Shown piece by piece: positions 9,901 through 18,079 of a DNA stretch of 64,000 nt. Below the pieces are notes generated by a model, which had not been told where the DNA came from, ran no database searches, and worked only from the letters and a program-made list of their open reading frames with translations. Position numbers and translations under genes: made by a program. This stretch comes from Patulibacter minatonensis (GTDB taxonomy: Bacteria; Actinomycetota; Thermoleophilia; Solirubrobacterales; Solirubrobacteraceae): NCBI GenBank assembly GCA_036946195.1, contig JAQIJQ010000005.1:41456-105455 (forward strand), read 5' to 3'. The number at the start of each line of letters is the position of its first letter. Position 1 is the first letter of the stretch.

Positions 9901-10023
9901 GCCGGGGCCCCCGAGGATGAGCGCGGTCGCCCGCGACCGGCGCATCGCTCGACGCGCCGCCGGCTCGGGCACCCCCGGGGCACGACCGATGGCCGGCCCT
10001 CCCGGTGTGTCGCCGCGCTCCAT
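6933..10023 (-). pseudogene. UvrD/Rep-type SF1 helicase fused to a C-terminal PD-(D/E)XK (RecB/Cas4-like, Cys-cluster) nuclease; one frame lesion as given
   Basis: N-terminal part in track ORF 8623..10152 ('LILGGPGTGKT', 'LIAVDDAQQL'). The remainder is in ORF 6933..9272 ('LLYLAMTRARDRIVV', 'YELIDVKTG', terminal 'CGWCDFRLAC'). The frames meet at the GGGG run 9309-9312. Removing one base gives 'VDDAQQLRPAELDLLLECARAMHADLVV'. Confidence 0.75.
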
Positions 10024-10199
10024 CCGCACCGACTCTACGCGCGCGAGCCCGCCGGCACGCACGCGAGGCGCCAGGCTCCTCGGAGGTGGCGGCGCGCTGA
10101 GCGCCACCTCCCGACGCCGGTGGACCGCGAGCGCCGCCGGGTGCGCGGCCATGGCTGCCCACGCCGCGCGCGGACGGGCTCAGAGCTAGCCTGGGACAC

Positions 10200-11045
10200 G
10201 TGCCGACGCTCGATCACGCTGCCTGGCTGGACACCTGCCGCGCCGCCGCGTCGGCCGCACGCGAGGCGATCGCCGCGCACCCCGTCGACGACCGTCGCGG
10301 ATACACCGGCAGCACGGGCGCCGGCGGCGACCGCACCTTGCAGATCGACGCCGATGCCGAGGGCGCGATCGTCGACGTGATCGCCGCGACCGATCGGCCC
10401 TGCACGATCGTGTCGGAGGAGCGCGGCGAGGTCGACCTCGGGGCGCCGCTGCCGCGCCTGTTGATCGATCCGATCGACGGCTCGCTGAACGCCGGCCGCA
10501 CGGTCGGACACCACGCGGTGTCGATCGCGGTCGCGAGTGGCGGATCGATCGCCGACGTGGAGGTGGGCTACGTGCTCGATCTGTCGACCGGCCAGGAGTG
10601 GTGGGCGACCCTCGGCGGCGGCGCCTTCCTGGACGGCCGCCGCCTCGGCCCGCAGCCCGAGCGCCGCACCCCCGACGGCCGCCTCGAGCTCCTCGCGATC
10701 GAGGCCGCAGACCCGCGTCACCTCGCCCCTGCGCTGCCCGTGCTCGACGAGGAGGTGCGCCGACTGCGCGCGCTCGGTGCCATTGCCCTCTCCCTCTGCC
10801 ACCTCGCGGCGGGCGCCGTCGACGCGATGCTCACGCTCTCCGTCTGCCGTCCCGTCGACGCGGCCGCCGGGCAGCTGCTCGTGCGCGAGACGGGCGGCGT
10901 CCTGGAGTGGGAGATCGACGAACCGCTGAGCGCCGTGCCGCTCGACTGCGCACCCCGAACGCCCCTCGCCGCCGCCCGCTCGGAAGACACGCTGCGCACC
11001 CTGCGCGGAGCGGTCGCGCACGTGACCGCTCCTGCCCGGCAATAG
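10200..11045 (+). CDS. Inositol monophosphatase family protein (SuhB/ImpA-like)
   Basis: 281 aa. 'IVSEERG', 'LIDPIDGSLNAGR', 'LRALGAIALSLCHLAAGAVDAM'. Confidence 0.8.
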   Translation: MPTLDHAAWLDTCRAAASAAREAIAAHPVDDRRGYTGSTGAGGDRTLQIDADAEGAIVDVIAATDRPCTIVSEERGEVDLGAPLPRLLIDPIDGSLNAGRTVGHHAVSIAVASGGSIADVEVGYVLDLSTGQEWWATLGGGAFLDGRRLGPQPERRTPDGRLELLAIEAADPRHLAPALPVLDEEVRRLRALGAIALSLCHLAAGAVDAMLTLSVCRPVDAAAGQLLVRETGGVLEWEIDEPLSAVPLDCAPRTPLAAARSEDTLRTLRGAVAHVTAPARQ

Positions 11046-11233
11046 GCCGTAAAACCGGGCTTCGTGCCCGTGGTGGTCGTTGCGTCGAGTGCGTGACGCA
11101 TCGCACCAACGGCCGTCCCCCGAAGCGCGACCTTCGGAGTCCTACCGGTGCGCGCCTTCGTCGGTCGCGACGAACCGGATGAGGTCCACTCGTCCAGCGC
11201 GCACGAAACCCGTTTCGACCACTGAGGGACACG

Positions 11234-12259
11234 ATGGCCGATACCACGAACACGACGGACTCGACGACCGCGTCGACGACCGCGAAGCCGGCGACCACCG
11301 CAGCCGCCACCACCGCCGCGAAGCCTGCGACGACGGCGACCAAGACGACGGCCACGGCCGCGAAGAAGCCGGCCGCGAAGAAGCCCGCCGCGCGCACCAC
11401 CGCCGCAGCGAAGAAGCCGGCCGCGCGCAAGCCCGCCGCGAAGACGACGGCGGCGGCGAAGACCACCGCCGCGAAGACGACTGCCGCTGCCAAGACCACC
11501 ACGGCCGCGGCGAAGCCGGCCACCAAGCGCACGCCGGCCAAGGGCTCCACTGCCGCGAAGGCGAAGGCGACCACGGCGTCGGCCAAGCGCACCGCGACGA
11601 CGGCGAAGGCGTCGGCCGCGTCGACGACGACCGCTGCCAAGCGCACCCAGGCCACCGCGTCGAAGGGTGCTGCGAAGACGGAGACGGCCGCCAAGACGAC
11701 CATCACGCAGGCGCAGCACACGATCGAGTCGGCGCTCACCGACGTGCGTGAGGTGCTGGGCGAGCGCACGAGCAAGCTCCGCGCCACCGCCGACAAGCGC
11801 ACCGAGAAGGTCCGCGCGCAGGCCGACGAGCGCACCGCGGAGCTCCGCGGCAACGTCGAGGCCCGCACGAAGGATGCACGCGAGGCCACGAGCAAGCGGG
11901 TCGAGAGCGCGCGCAGCCAGGTCGAGCGCGTCGCGAACATCCAGCTCGGTGCCGTGCTCGTCGCCCGCGACGAGATCCAGGGCCGCTTCGACGTCGCCCG
12001 CTCGTTCTTCACGTCGCAGGCCGATCGCACGAAGCAGCTCAAGAAGTTCGAGAAGCGCGGCAAGGCGCAGATCACGAAGACCGAGAAGGAGCTCAAGGCC
12101 CGCCGCGAGAAGGCTGCTGCGGACCGCGAGCAGGCCATCGAGCGCACCAAGGCCCAGGTGACGGACGTCCGGGAGACCGTCGGCTCGTACGCCGAGAAGG
12201 TCACCACGCCGATCACCGACACGTTCGAGGCGATCGAGAAGCGCTTCCAGCGCGCCTAA
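11234..12259 (+). CDS. Ala/Lys/Thr/Pro-rich low-complexity (histone H1-like) N-terminal half fused to an HBHA/apolipoprotein-like coiled-coil C-terminal half
   Basis: 341 aa. ATG preceded by GAGGGA. Reiterated 'AAKKPAA(R/K)', 'TTAAAK'. The C-terminal half is charged heptad-like: 'RTSKLRATADKRTEKVRAQADERTAELRGNVEARTKDAREATSKRVESARSQVERV'. Confidence 0.75.
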   Translation: MADTTNTTDSTTASTTAKPATTAAATTAAKPATTATKTTATAAKKPAAKKPAARTTAAAKKPAARKPAAKTTAAAKTTAAKTTAAAKTTTAAAKPATKRTPAKGSTAAKAKATTASAKRTATTAKASAASTTTAAKRTQATASKGAAKTETAAKTTITQAQHTIESALTDVREVLGERTSKLRATADKRTEKVRAQADERTAELRGNVEARTKDAREATSKRVESARSQVERVANIQLGAVLVARDEIQGRFDVARSFFTSQADRTKQLKKFEKRGKAQITKTEKELKARREKAAADREQAIERTKAQVTDVRETVGSYAEKVTTPITDTFEAIEKRFQRA

Positions 12260-12353
12260 GCGGCTCCCCCGCTCGACGCCGTAAGGCTGCCGGGCCGCGA
12301 CCGGCTCGGTAGATGGCGTGCTGGCGCCGTCCCTCGTCGCCTCATGACGCCCC

Positions 12354-12388
12354 CTGTGCCCCGTCGCCCTCGTGGTGGCGGGGCACAG
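12354..12388 (+). terminator. GC-rich hairpin downstream of the Ala/Lys-rich protein gene
   Basis: CTGTGCCCCG (12354-12363) pairs with CGGGGCACAG (12379-12388), a 10-bp perfect stem followed by TGCGTT. No strong U-tract. Confidence 0.4.
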
Positions 12389-12487
12389 TGCGTTCCGGGA
12401 GCGGCAGGCGGCCAGGCCGAGTGAGCCCGCGCACCTGAGCGGACCGCGGACCGCTCCGCGCGGCCAGTGCCCCCTACACTCCGAGGC

Positions 12488-13624
12488 ATGGCCGAGACCC
12501 TCACCGCCCCGACCGAGGACCAGATCACCGAGGCGCTCAAGGGCGTCATCGATCCGGAACTCAAGCGTTCGGTGGTCGAACTCGGCATGGTCCGCACGAT
12601 CGGCATCGGCGAGGACGGCCGCGTCGGCGTCACCATCTCGCTGACCACCGGCGGCTGCCCGCTCCGCAACCAGTTCATCGCCGACGTGACCGAGCGCGTG
12701 GGCGCCGTCGCTGGCGTGCGGGCGGTGGAGGTCGCGTTCGACGTCCTCTCCGACGAGGAGAAGAACGCGCTCAAGGCCAAGCTCGGCATGCCCGGCGGCC
12801 TCCCCACCGGGGCGCTCGCATCGATCGGGCAGATCCTGTGCATCGGGTCGGGCAAGGGCGGCGTCGGCAAGTCGTCGGTCACCGCCAACCTCGCCGTCGC
12901 GCTCGCGAACGAGGGCAAGTCGGTCGGCGTGCTCGACGCCGACGTGTGGGGCTACTCCATCCCGCGCATGTTCGGCCTCGGCGGCCAGCGTCCGCCCGTC
13001 GACGCGCAGCGCAAGATCGTGCCGCTCGAGGCCCACGGCGTGAAGGTGATGTCGATCGGGTTCTTCGTGGAGGAGGACTCGGCCGTCGTCTGGCGCGGGC
13101 CCATGCTCCACAAGGCCCTCACCCAGTTCCTGCAGGACGTCGCCTGGGGCGATCTGGACTTTCTGCTCATCGACCTCCCGCCGGGCACCGGCGACGTGTC
13201 GATGACCCTCGCGCAGCTCGTCCCGCAGTCGGAGTTCGTACTCGTCACGACGCCGCAGGACACCGCCCAGAAGGTGGCGCGCCGCGCGGCGGAGATGGCC
13301 GACAAGGTCAAGATCCCGGTCGCCGGCGTGATCGAGAACATGGCCGGCTTCGTTGCCCCGACCGGCGAGCGCTACGAGATCTTCGGTCGTGGTGGCGGCT
13401 CGGCCCTCGCCGAGGAGATCGACGTGCCGCTGCTCGCCAGCGTGCCGCTCACGATGCCGCTGCGCGAGCAGGCCGACGCCGGCGAGCCGCTCGTGAGCGT
13501 CAACCCGGATGATCCGGCCGCGCAGGCCGTGCGCTCCGCGGCCCGCGGGCTCGTGGCGATGGCGCCCGTGCGACCGGCTGCGGCGCCCGCGCCGCTCGGG
13601 ATGACGCTGCCCATGGCCGGCTGA
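12488..13624 (+). CDS. mrp: Mrp/ApbC-type Fe-S cluster carrier ATPase with an N-terminal DUF59-like domain
   Basis: 'ITEALKGVIDPELKRSVVELGMV', P-loop 'GSGKGGVGKSSVTANLAVALA', 'DADVWGYSIP', 'LLIDLPPGTGD'. ATG 12488 is in frame with track ORF 12467. Confidence 0.9.
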   Translation: MAETLTAPTEDQITEALKGVIDPELKRSVVELGMVRTIGIGEDGRVGVTISLTTGGCPLRNQFIADVTERVGAVAGVRAVEVAFDVLSDEEKNALKAKLGMPGGLPTGALASIGQILCIGSGKGGVGKSSVTANLAVALANEGKSVGVLDADVWGYSIPRMFGLGGQRPPVDAQRKIVPLEAHGVKVMSIGFFVEEDSAVVWRGPMLHKALTQFLQDVAWGDLDFLLIDLPPGTGDVSMTLAQLVPQSEFVLVTTPQDTAQKVARRAAEMADKVKIPVAGVIENMAGFVAPTGERYEIFGRGGGSALAEEIDVPLLASVPLTMPLREQADAGEPLVSVNPDDPAAQAVRSAARGLVAMAPVRPAAAPAPLGMTLPMAG

Positions 13625-13749
13625 GACGGCCCCACGGTCCGCCGCCCGGTTGCGGGCGCCGGACCGCACAGCGCGCTGGCGCGCCAGCGCGTCCCCCGTT
13701 CGGCAGCCCGCGGCTCAAGCCGCAGGGGCACTGGCCCGATGATCGGGAG

Positions 13750-15324
13750 GTGACCGCTGCTCGCCACGACGACGTCCTCCCCGTGCACCCCGCGACGGCC
13801 GCGCCGGTCGGCGAGTGGCCCGTCGCGCCGCGCTTCGCCGTGCTCGCAACGCCGGCTCCCGCCGAGCCCGAGGTCGTCGCCGCCGTCATCGAGGTGCCCG
13901 CACCGGAGGCTGCCGCCACCGTCGAGGCGCCCGAGACCGTCGCCGCCCTCGAGGCGCCCGCACCCGTGGAGCCCATCGTCGAAGCCGCCCTCGAGGCGCC
14001 CATCGTCGAAGCCGCCCCCGAGGCGCCCATGGTGGAAGCCGCCCTCGCGGCGCCCGCCGAGCAGCTCGCGCCGACCCTGCCGATCGCGCCGACCCTGCCC
14101 ATCGCGCCGACCGCGCCGCAGGCCCCCGAGCCGATCGCCGAGGTGGCACCCGTCCCGGTCGACCACGCGCCCGTCCCCGTCGTCGAGCAGGTGCTGCCGG
14201 TCGAGCAGCCGGTCGTGCCGGCCCAGCCCGTGGCCGCCCTGCCCGTCGCGCCGGCCCAGCCGATCGCGCCGCCCGTGCCGATCGCGCCGACCCAGCCGAT
14301 CGCGCCGGTCGTGCCCGTGGCTCCGGTCGCCGTCGCGCAGCCGGTCACCTCCATCGCCGCCGAAGCCGTCGCGCCGGTGCTCGCCGCGCCGCTCGCCCCG
14401 GCCCCCGTGGCCCCGGCCGAGCCGGTCGCCCCGACCTTCCCGCCGGTGGCCGTCGTGCCCGAGCCCGCGGCGCCCGTCATGCCGGTGCCCCCGGCCCCCG
14501 AGGCACCCGCCGTCCCGGCGATCGACCCGGCCACGGGCGCCATCCAGCTGCCGACCGCACCCGAGGCCCTCGAAGCCGGGGTCGTCGCGCCCTGGCCGCT
14601 CGACCGCGTCGCCGATCTGCGCCCCGAGCCGGCGACCGCCCGCCGCTTCGCGTTCCCGACCGGGTTCCCGCTGCCGTCGCGACAGCTGCTGCTCGTCGCG
14701 ATCCTCGCGGGCGCCGCGGGCTTCCTCGCGCTCCGCGGACTCGGTGGCGGCGATGACGCCGTCGCTCCGCCGGTCGCCGCGCCCGCCGCCAACGTCGCCG
14801 CCCCAGCCGCGACCGCCGACTGGAAGAGCGTGGTGCCGAAGGCCCTGCCGACCGGCGACGCCGACGCGCTCGCCCTCGACGAGCGCGAGGTGCGTCCGGC
14901 GCGCACGCGCCACCAGCTCGACCTCGCGATGAAGGCGATGAAGCCTGGCGAGGTGATCCGCGAGGTGACCATCCGGACGGACGGCACCGCCATGCTGCGC
15001 GTCGTGCACGGCACGCAGGATCGCTTCGTGGTGACGAAGGGGATCGCGCCCGCCGCGCCGGCGGCCGCCGCCGGTAATCCGCAGCCGATCCTCGCGATCG
15101 ATCCGATCGAGATCGACGCCCGCGTCCCACGCAAGCTGCTGCGCCAGATCGAAACCGCGAAGGGCGTCGCCCCCTCGACCGTCAAGCTCGTCCGCACCGC
15201 GGCAATCCGCGGCGGCACCCCCACGTGGCAGATCCATTGGAACGGCGGCGGCGCCCTCAAGCCGGTCACGCTCTTCGCGACGCAGGACGGCAAGAAGCTC
15301 GCGACCACGCCCGCCGGGCTGTAG
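13750..15324 (+). CDS. Single-pass membrane protein with an N-terminal Pro/Ala/Val-rich repeat region of about 330 aa and a C-terminal globular domain of about 170 aa
   Basis: 524 aa. Degenerate tandem repeats ('EAPIVEAA(L/P)EAP', 'APTLPIAPTLPIAPTAP', 'PIAPPVPIAPTQPIAPVVPVAP'). TM helix 'LLLVAILAGAAGFLAL'. The C-terminus has normal composition. The start codon is uncertain. Confidence 0.65.
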   Translation: MTAARHDDVLPVHPATAAPVGEWPVAPRFAVLATPAPAEPEVVAAVIEVPAPEAAATVEAPETVAALEAPAPVEPIVEAALEAPIVEAAPEAPMVEAALAAPAEQLAPTLPIAPTLPIAPTAPQAPEPIAEVAPVPVDHAPVPVVEQVLPVEQPVVPAQPVAALPVAPAQPIAPPVPIAPTQPIAPVVPVAPVAVAQPVTSIAAEAVAPVLAAPLAPAPVAPAEPVAPTFPPVAVVPEPAAPVMPVPPAPEAPAVPAIDPATGAIQLPTAPEALEAGVVAPWPLDRVADLRPEPATARRFAFPTGFPLPSRQLLLVAILAGAAGFLALRGLGGGDDAVAPPVAAPAANVAAPAATADWKSVVPKALPTGDADALALDEREVRPARTRHQLDLAMKAMKPGEVIREVTIRTDGTAMLRVVHGTQDRFVVTKGIAPAAPAAAAGNPQPILAIDPIEIDARVPRKLLRQIETAKGVAPSTVKLVRTAAIRGGTPTWQIHWNGGGALKPVTLFATQDGKKLATTPAGL

Positions 15325-15373
15325 CGCGAGCGCGCCAGCGGTCCGCCGCGCCGGCGGGCATGATGCGCTGGCG

Positions 15374-17335
15374 ATGAGCACGCCGACGCCCGACCACGAC
15401 GCCCCGCAGGCCGGCGATCCTGGCACCAGCGGCGCCACCACGCACGCTGGTCATACCCGCAGCGGCGCGGCCGCCCTGACCCTCGGCGCCCTCGGCGTGG
15501 TGTTCGGCGACATCGGGACGAGCCCGCTCTACGCGATGAAGGAGACGTTCCACGGCCACCACGAGCTGACCGCGGACCGTCCGCACGTGTTCGGGGTGCT
15601 CAGCCTGATCTTCTGGTCGATCACCGTGATCGTGTCGGCCAAGTACGTGCTGCTGATCATGCGCGCCGACAACGACGGCGAGGGCGGCATCATGGCGCTC
15701 ATCGCGAAGGTGCAGGACCTCCCGGTCCAGGGGCGGCGCGCGACCGCCGCGCTCGTCGCGCTCGGGATCTTCGGCGCGGCCCTGTTCTACGGCGACGGCA
15801 TGATCACGCCGGCGATCTCGGTCCTCTCCGCCGTCGAAGGCTTCGAGCTCGTCACGCCCAGCCTGACCGACTACGTCGTCCCGATCGTCGTGGCGATCCT
15901 CACGGGCCTCTTCGTGATCCAGCGCTTCGGCACCGGGCTCGTCGGGCGCGCGTTCGGCCCCGTGATGGGCCTCTGGTTCAGCGTCCTCGGCCTGCTCGGC
16001 CTGCTGAAGGTGGTCCACGAGCCGTCGATCCTGCAAGCGCTCTCGCCGCACTACGCCGCGCTGTTCTGCTTCGAGGAGCCGAAGGCCGCGTTCCTCGCGC
16101 TCGCCTCGGTCGTCCTCGCCGTCACCGGCGCCGAGGCGCTCTACGCCGACATGGGCCACTTCGGCCGCAGCCCCATCAAGCGTGCGTGGTTCTTCCTCGT
16201 GATGCCGGCGCTCTTCCTGAACTACATGGGTCAGGGGGTGCTGCTCATCGAGCAGCCCGGCATCGAAGGATCGCCGCTGTTCGGGCTCGTGGACGACTCG
16301 CTGCTCATCCCGATGGTGGTCCTCGCGACCGCGGCCACGGTGATCGCGTCGCAGGCCGTGATCTCCGGAGCCTTCTCGGTGACCCGCCAGGCGGTGCAGC
16401 TCGGGTTCCTCCCCGTCCTCACGATCAAGCAGACCTCACGCCGCGAGTACGGCCAGATCTACGTGCCCGTGATCAACTGGGGGCTCTACGTCGCGATCCT
16501 CGCGCTCGTCGTCGGGTTCGGCTCGTCGACGGCGCTGGCGTCGGCCTACGGCATCGCGGTCACCGGCACGCTCGCGATCGACACGATCCTGTTCTTCGTC
16601 GTCGCGCGGATGCTGTGGGGCACGTCGCTGCGCCTGGTGATCGCGGGCGTCGCCCTCTTCCTCACGGTCGACCTCGCGTTCTTCGCCGCCAACCTCACGA
16701 AGATCGCGAGCGGCGGCTGGTTCCCGCTGCTGATCGCCGCCGCCGTCTACACCGTGCTGATGACCTGGCGGCGCGGGCAGCGCGCGCTCTCGGCCGACCG
16801 TGCCGAACGCGAGGGCTCGCTCGAGGACTTCGTCGTGGAGGTCAACGGCTCCGACCACCCACCCGTGCGCGTGCCCGGCACCGCCGTGTTCCTCAACGCG
16901 ACTACCGAGCGCACGCCGCTCGCGCTGCGCCACAACGTCGACCACAACCACGTGCTCCACGAGCAGGTGGTGATCTTCCACGTCGAGATCGTCGGCGTCC
17001 CGCACGTCCCCGAGGCCGACCGGTTCACCGTCGACACCGTCCTCATCCCGGACGACGGCATCATGCGCGTGCACGCACGCTTCGGGTTCCAGGACGAGCC
17101 CGACGTGCCCGCCACCCTGCGCGCGGTGCAGGCCGCCACCGGTGAGCCGCTCGACGTGGACGGCGCCTCCTACTTCCTCTCGCGCGTGGCGCTGCTCCCC
17201 GTGCGCGGCGGTGGGATCCCCCTGTGGCGCAAGAAGCTCTTCGTCGCGATGGAGCGCAACGGGGCCGGGCGGGCCGAGTACTTCCGGCTGCCCCCGAACA
17301 ACGTCGTGTCGTTCGGCTCGGAGCTGCAGGTCTAG
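15374..17335 (+). CDS. kup: KUP/HAK/KT family potassium uptake transporter
   Basis: 653 aa. 'LGALGVVFGDIGTSPLYAMKETF', 'ADNDGEGGIMAL', multiple TM segments. Confidence 0.92.
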   Translation: MSTPTPDHDAPQAGDPGTSGATTHAGHTRSGAAALTLGALGVVFGDIGTSPLYAMKETFHGHHELTADRPHVFGVLSLIFWSITVIVSAKYVLLIMRADNDGEGGIMALIAKVQDLPVQGRRATAALVALGIFGAALFYGDGMITPAISVLSAVEGFELVTPSLTDYVVPIVVAILTGLFVIQRFGTGLVGRAFGPVMGLWFSVLGLLGLLKVVHEPSILQALSPHYAALFCFEEPKAAFLALASVVLAVTGAEALYADMGHFGRSPIKRAWFFLVMPALFLNYMGQGVLLIEQPGIEGSPLFGLVDDSLLIPMVVLATAATVIASQAVISGAFSVTRQAVQLGFLPVLTIKQTSRREYGQIYVPVINWGLYVAILALVVGFGSSTALASAYGIAVTGTLAIDTILFFVVARMLWGTSLRLVIAGVALFLTVDLAFFAANLTKIASGGWFPLLIAAAVYTVLMTWRRGQRALSADRAEREGSLEDFVVEVNGSDHPPVRVPGTAVFLNATTERTPLALRHNVDHNHVLHEQVVIFHVEIVGVPHVPEADRFTVDTVLIPDDGIMRVHARFGFQDEPDVPATLRAVQAATGEPLDVDGASYFLSRVALLPVRGGGIPLWRKKLFVAMERNGAGRAEYFRLPPNNVVSFGSELQV

Positions 17336-17952
17336 GCGCCGGCGGGCTCCGCGGCGGGGTCGACGTAGAGCTCGTACACGAGGTCCACCGACCGCTCGAC
17401 GGCGGCCGGACCGATCGACGCCCCGCGCGCCAGTCCCTCAAGCGAGCAGCCCAGTACGACGGCCCAGAACGCACGCGGCTGGTGGGCCGCCGGCGCGCGC
17501 AGGTTCCAGCCGCGCGCTGCGAAGTTGGCCGCGACCGCACGTTCCCCCTCGGCGTGCAGCCGGTCGAAGGTCTCCGCCACCCGCTCGCGCTGCGCCGGGT
17601 GCGCACGCACCAGCAGCGTGGCCTCCGCGAAGAACGGAAGCGCCGGTGATTCGAGCGCAGCGGCCACGAGCGCCCGCACGTAGGCGCGTGGACTGCGGGC
17701 GCGGACCGCAGCCTGCTCGACCGCACTCGCGAGGTGCAGCACCTCGCGGCACGCGGCCTCGACGAAGAGCGCCTCCTTCGTCCCGAAGTAGTAGCCCACC
17801 TGGCTCGGCAGGACCCCGGCGTCCTCGGCGATCTCGGACTTCGACGCCGCGATCCCGCGCGCCGCGAACGCTGCCGCGGCCGCATCGAGGATCGCGCGGC
17901 GCGTCTGCTGCCCGACGCGGTACACGCCTTGGCTCGGAGTGCTGTCGGCCAC
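17332..17952 (-). CDS. TetR family transcriptional regulator
   Basis: 206 aa, GTG start. HTH 'TRRAILDAAAAAFAARGIAASKSEIAEDAGVLPSQVGYYFGTKEALF'. Divergent from the acyl-CoA dehydrogenase gene. Confidence 0.85.
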   Translation of the reverse strand: MADSTPSQGVYRVGQQTRRAILDAAAAAFAARGIAASKSEIAEDAGVLPSQVGYYFGTKEALFVEAACREVLHLASAVEQAAVRARSPRAYVRALVAAALESPALPFFAEATLLVRAHPAQRERVAETFDRLHAEGERAVAANFAARGWNLRAPAAHQPRAFWAVVLGCSLEGLARGASIGPAAVERSVDLVYELYVDPAAEPAGA

Positions 17953-18004
17953 CGCCCCACTTCATCACGCGCTGCCGGTCCCTGCGGGCCGGGTCGACGT
18001 ATTT

Positions 18005-18027
18005 ACCGCAATGATAAATTTGCTGGT
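18005..18027. promoter_or_regulatory. AT-rich imperfect palindrome in the TetR / acyl-CoA dehydrogenase divergent spacer (candidate operator)
   Basis: ACCGCAA-TGATAAAT-TTGC(T)GGT. It sits in the only strongly AT-rich patch of the 127-bp divergent intergenic region. Confidence 0.3.
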
Positions 18028-18079
18028 GCGGCGATTTTCGTTCCGCCAGCTGCCGCCTGCCACTCGCACCGACTTCGCC

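Noticed and set aside
10082-10111. 10-bp perfect GC-rich hairpin GGAGGTGGCG-N10-CGCCACCTCC in the helicase / IMPase divergent spacer, and similar isolated stems (13640-13700, 26015-26064, 28390-28456)
   Set aside because: Stems of 8-10 bp arise frequently by chance at this GC content. There is no U-tract, no matching consensus and no positional argument, so I did not annotate them.
11280-11700. Short tandem nucleotide repeats here, at 13900-14500 and at 46560-46800, considered as possible CRISPR or minisatellite arrays
   Set aside because: They are in-frame codon repeats encoding Ala/Lys/Thr, Pro/Ala/Val and Pro/Thr low-complexity protein segments. There is no repeat-spacer organisation and there are no cas genes.
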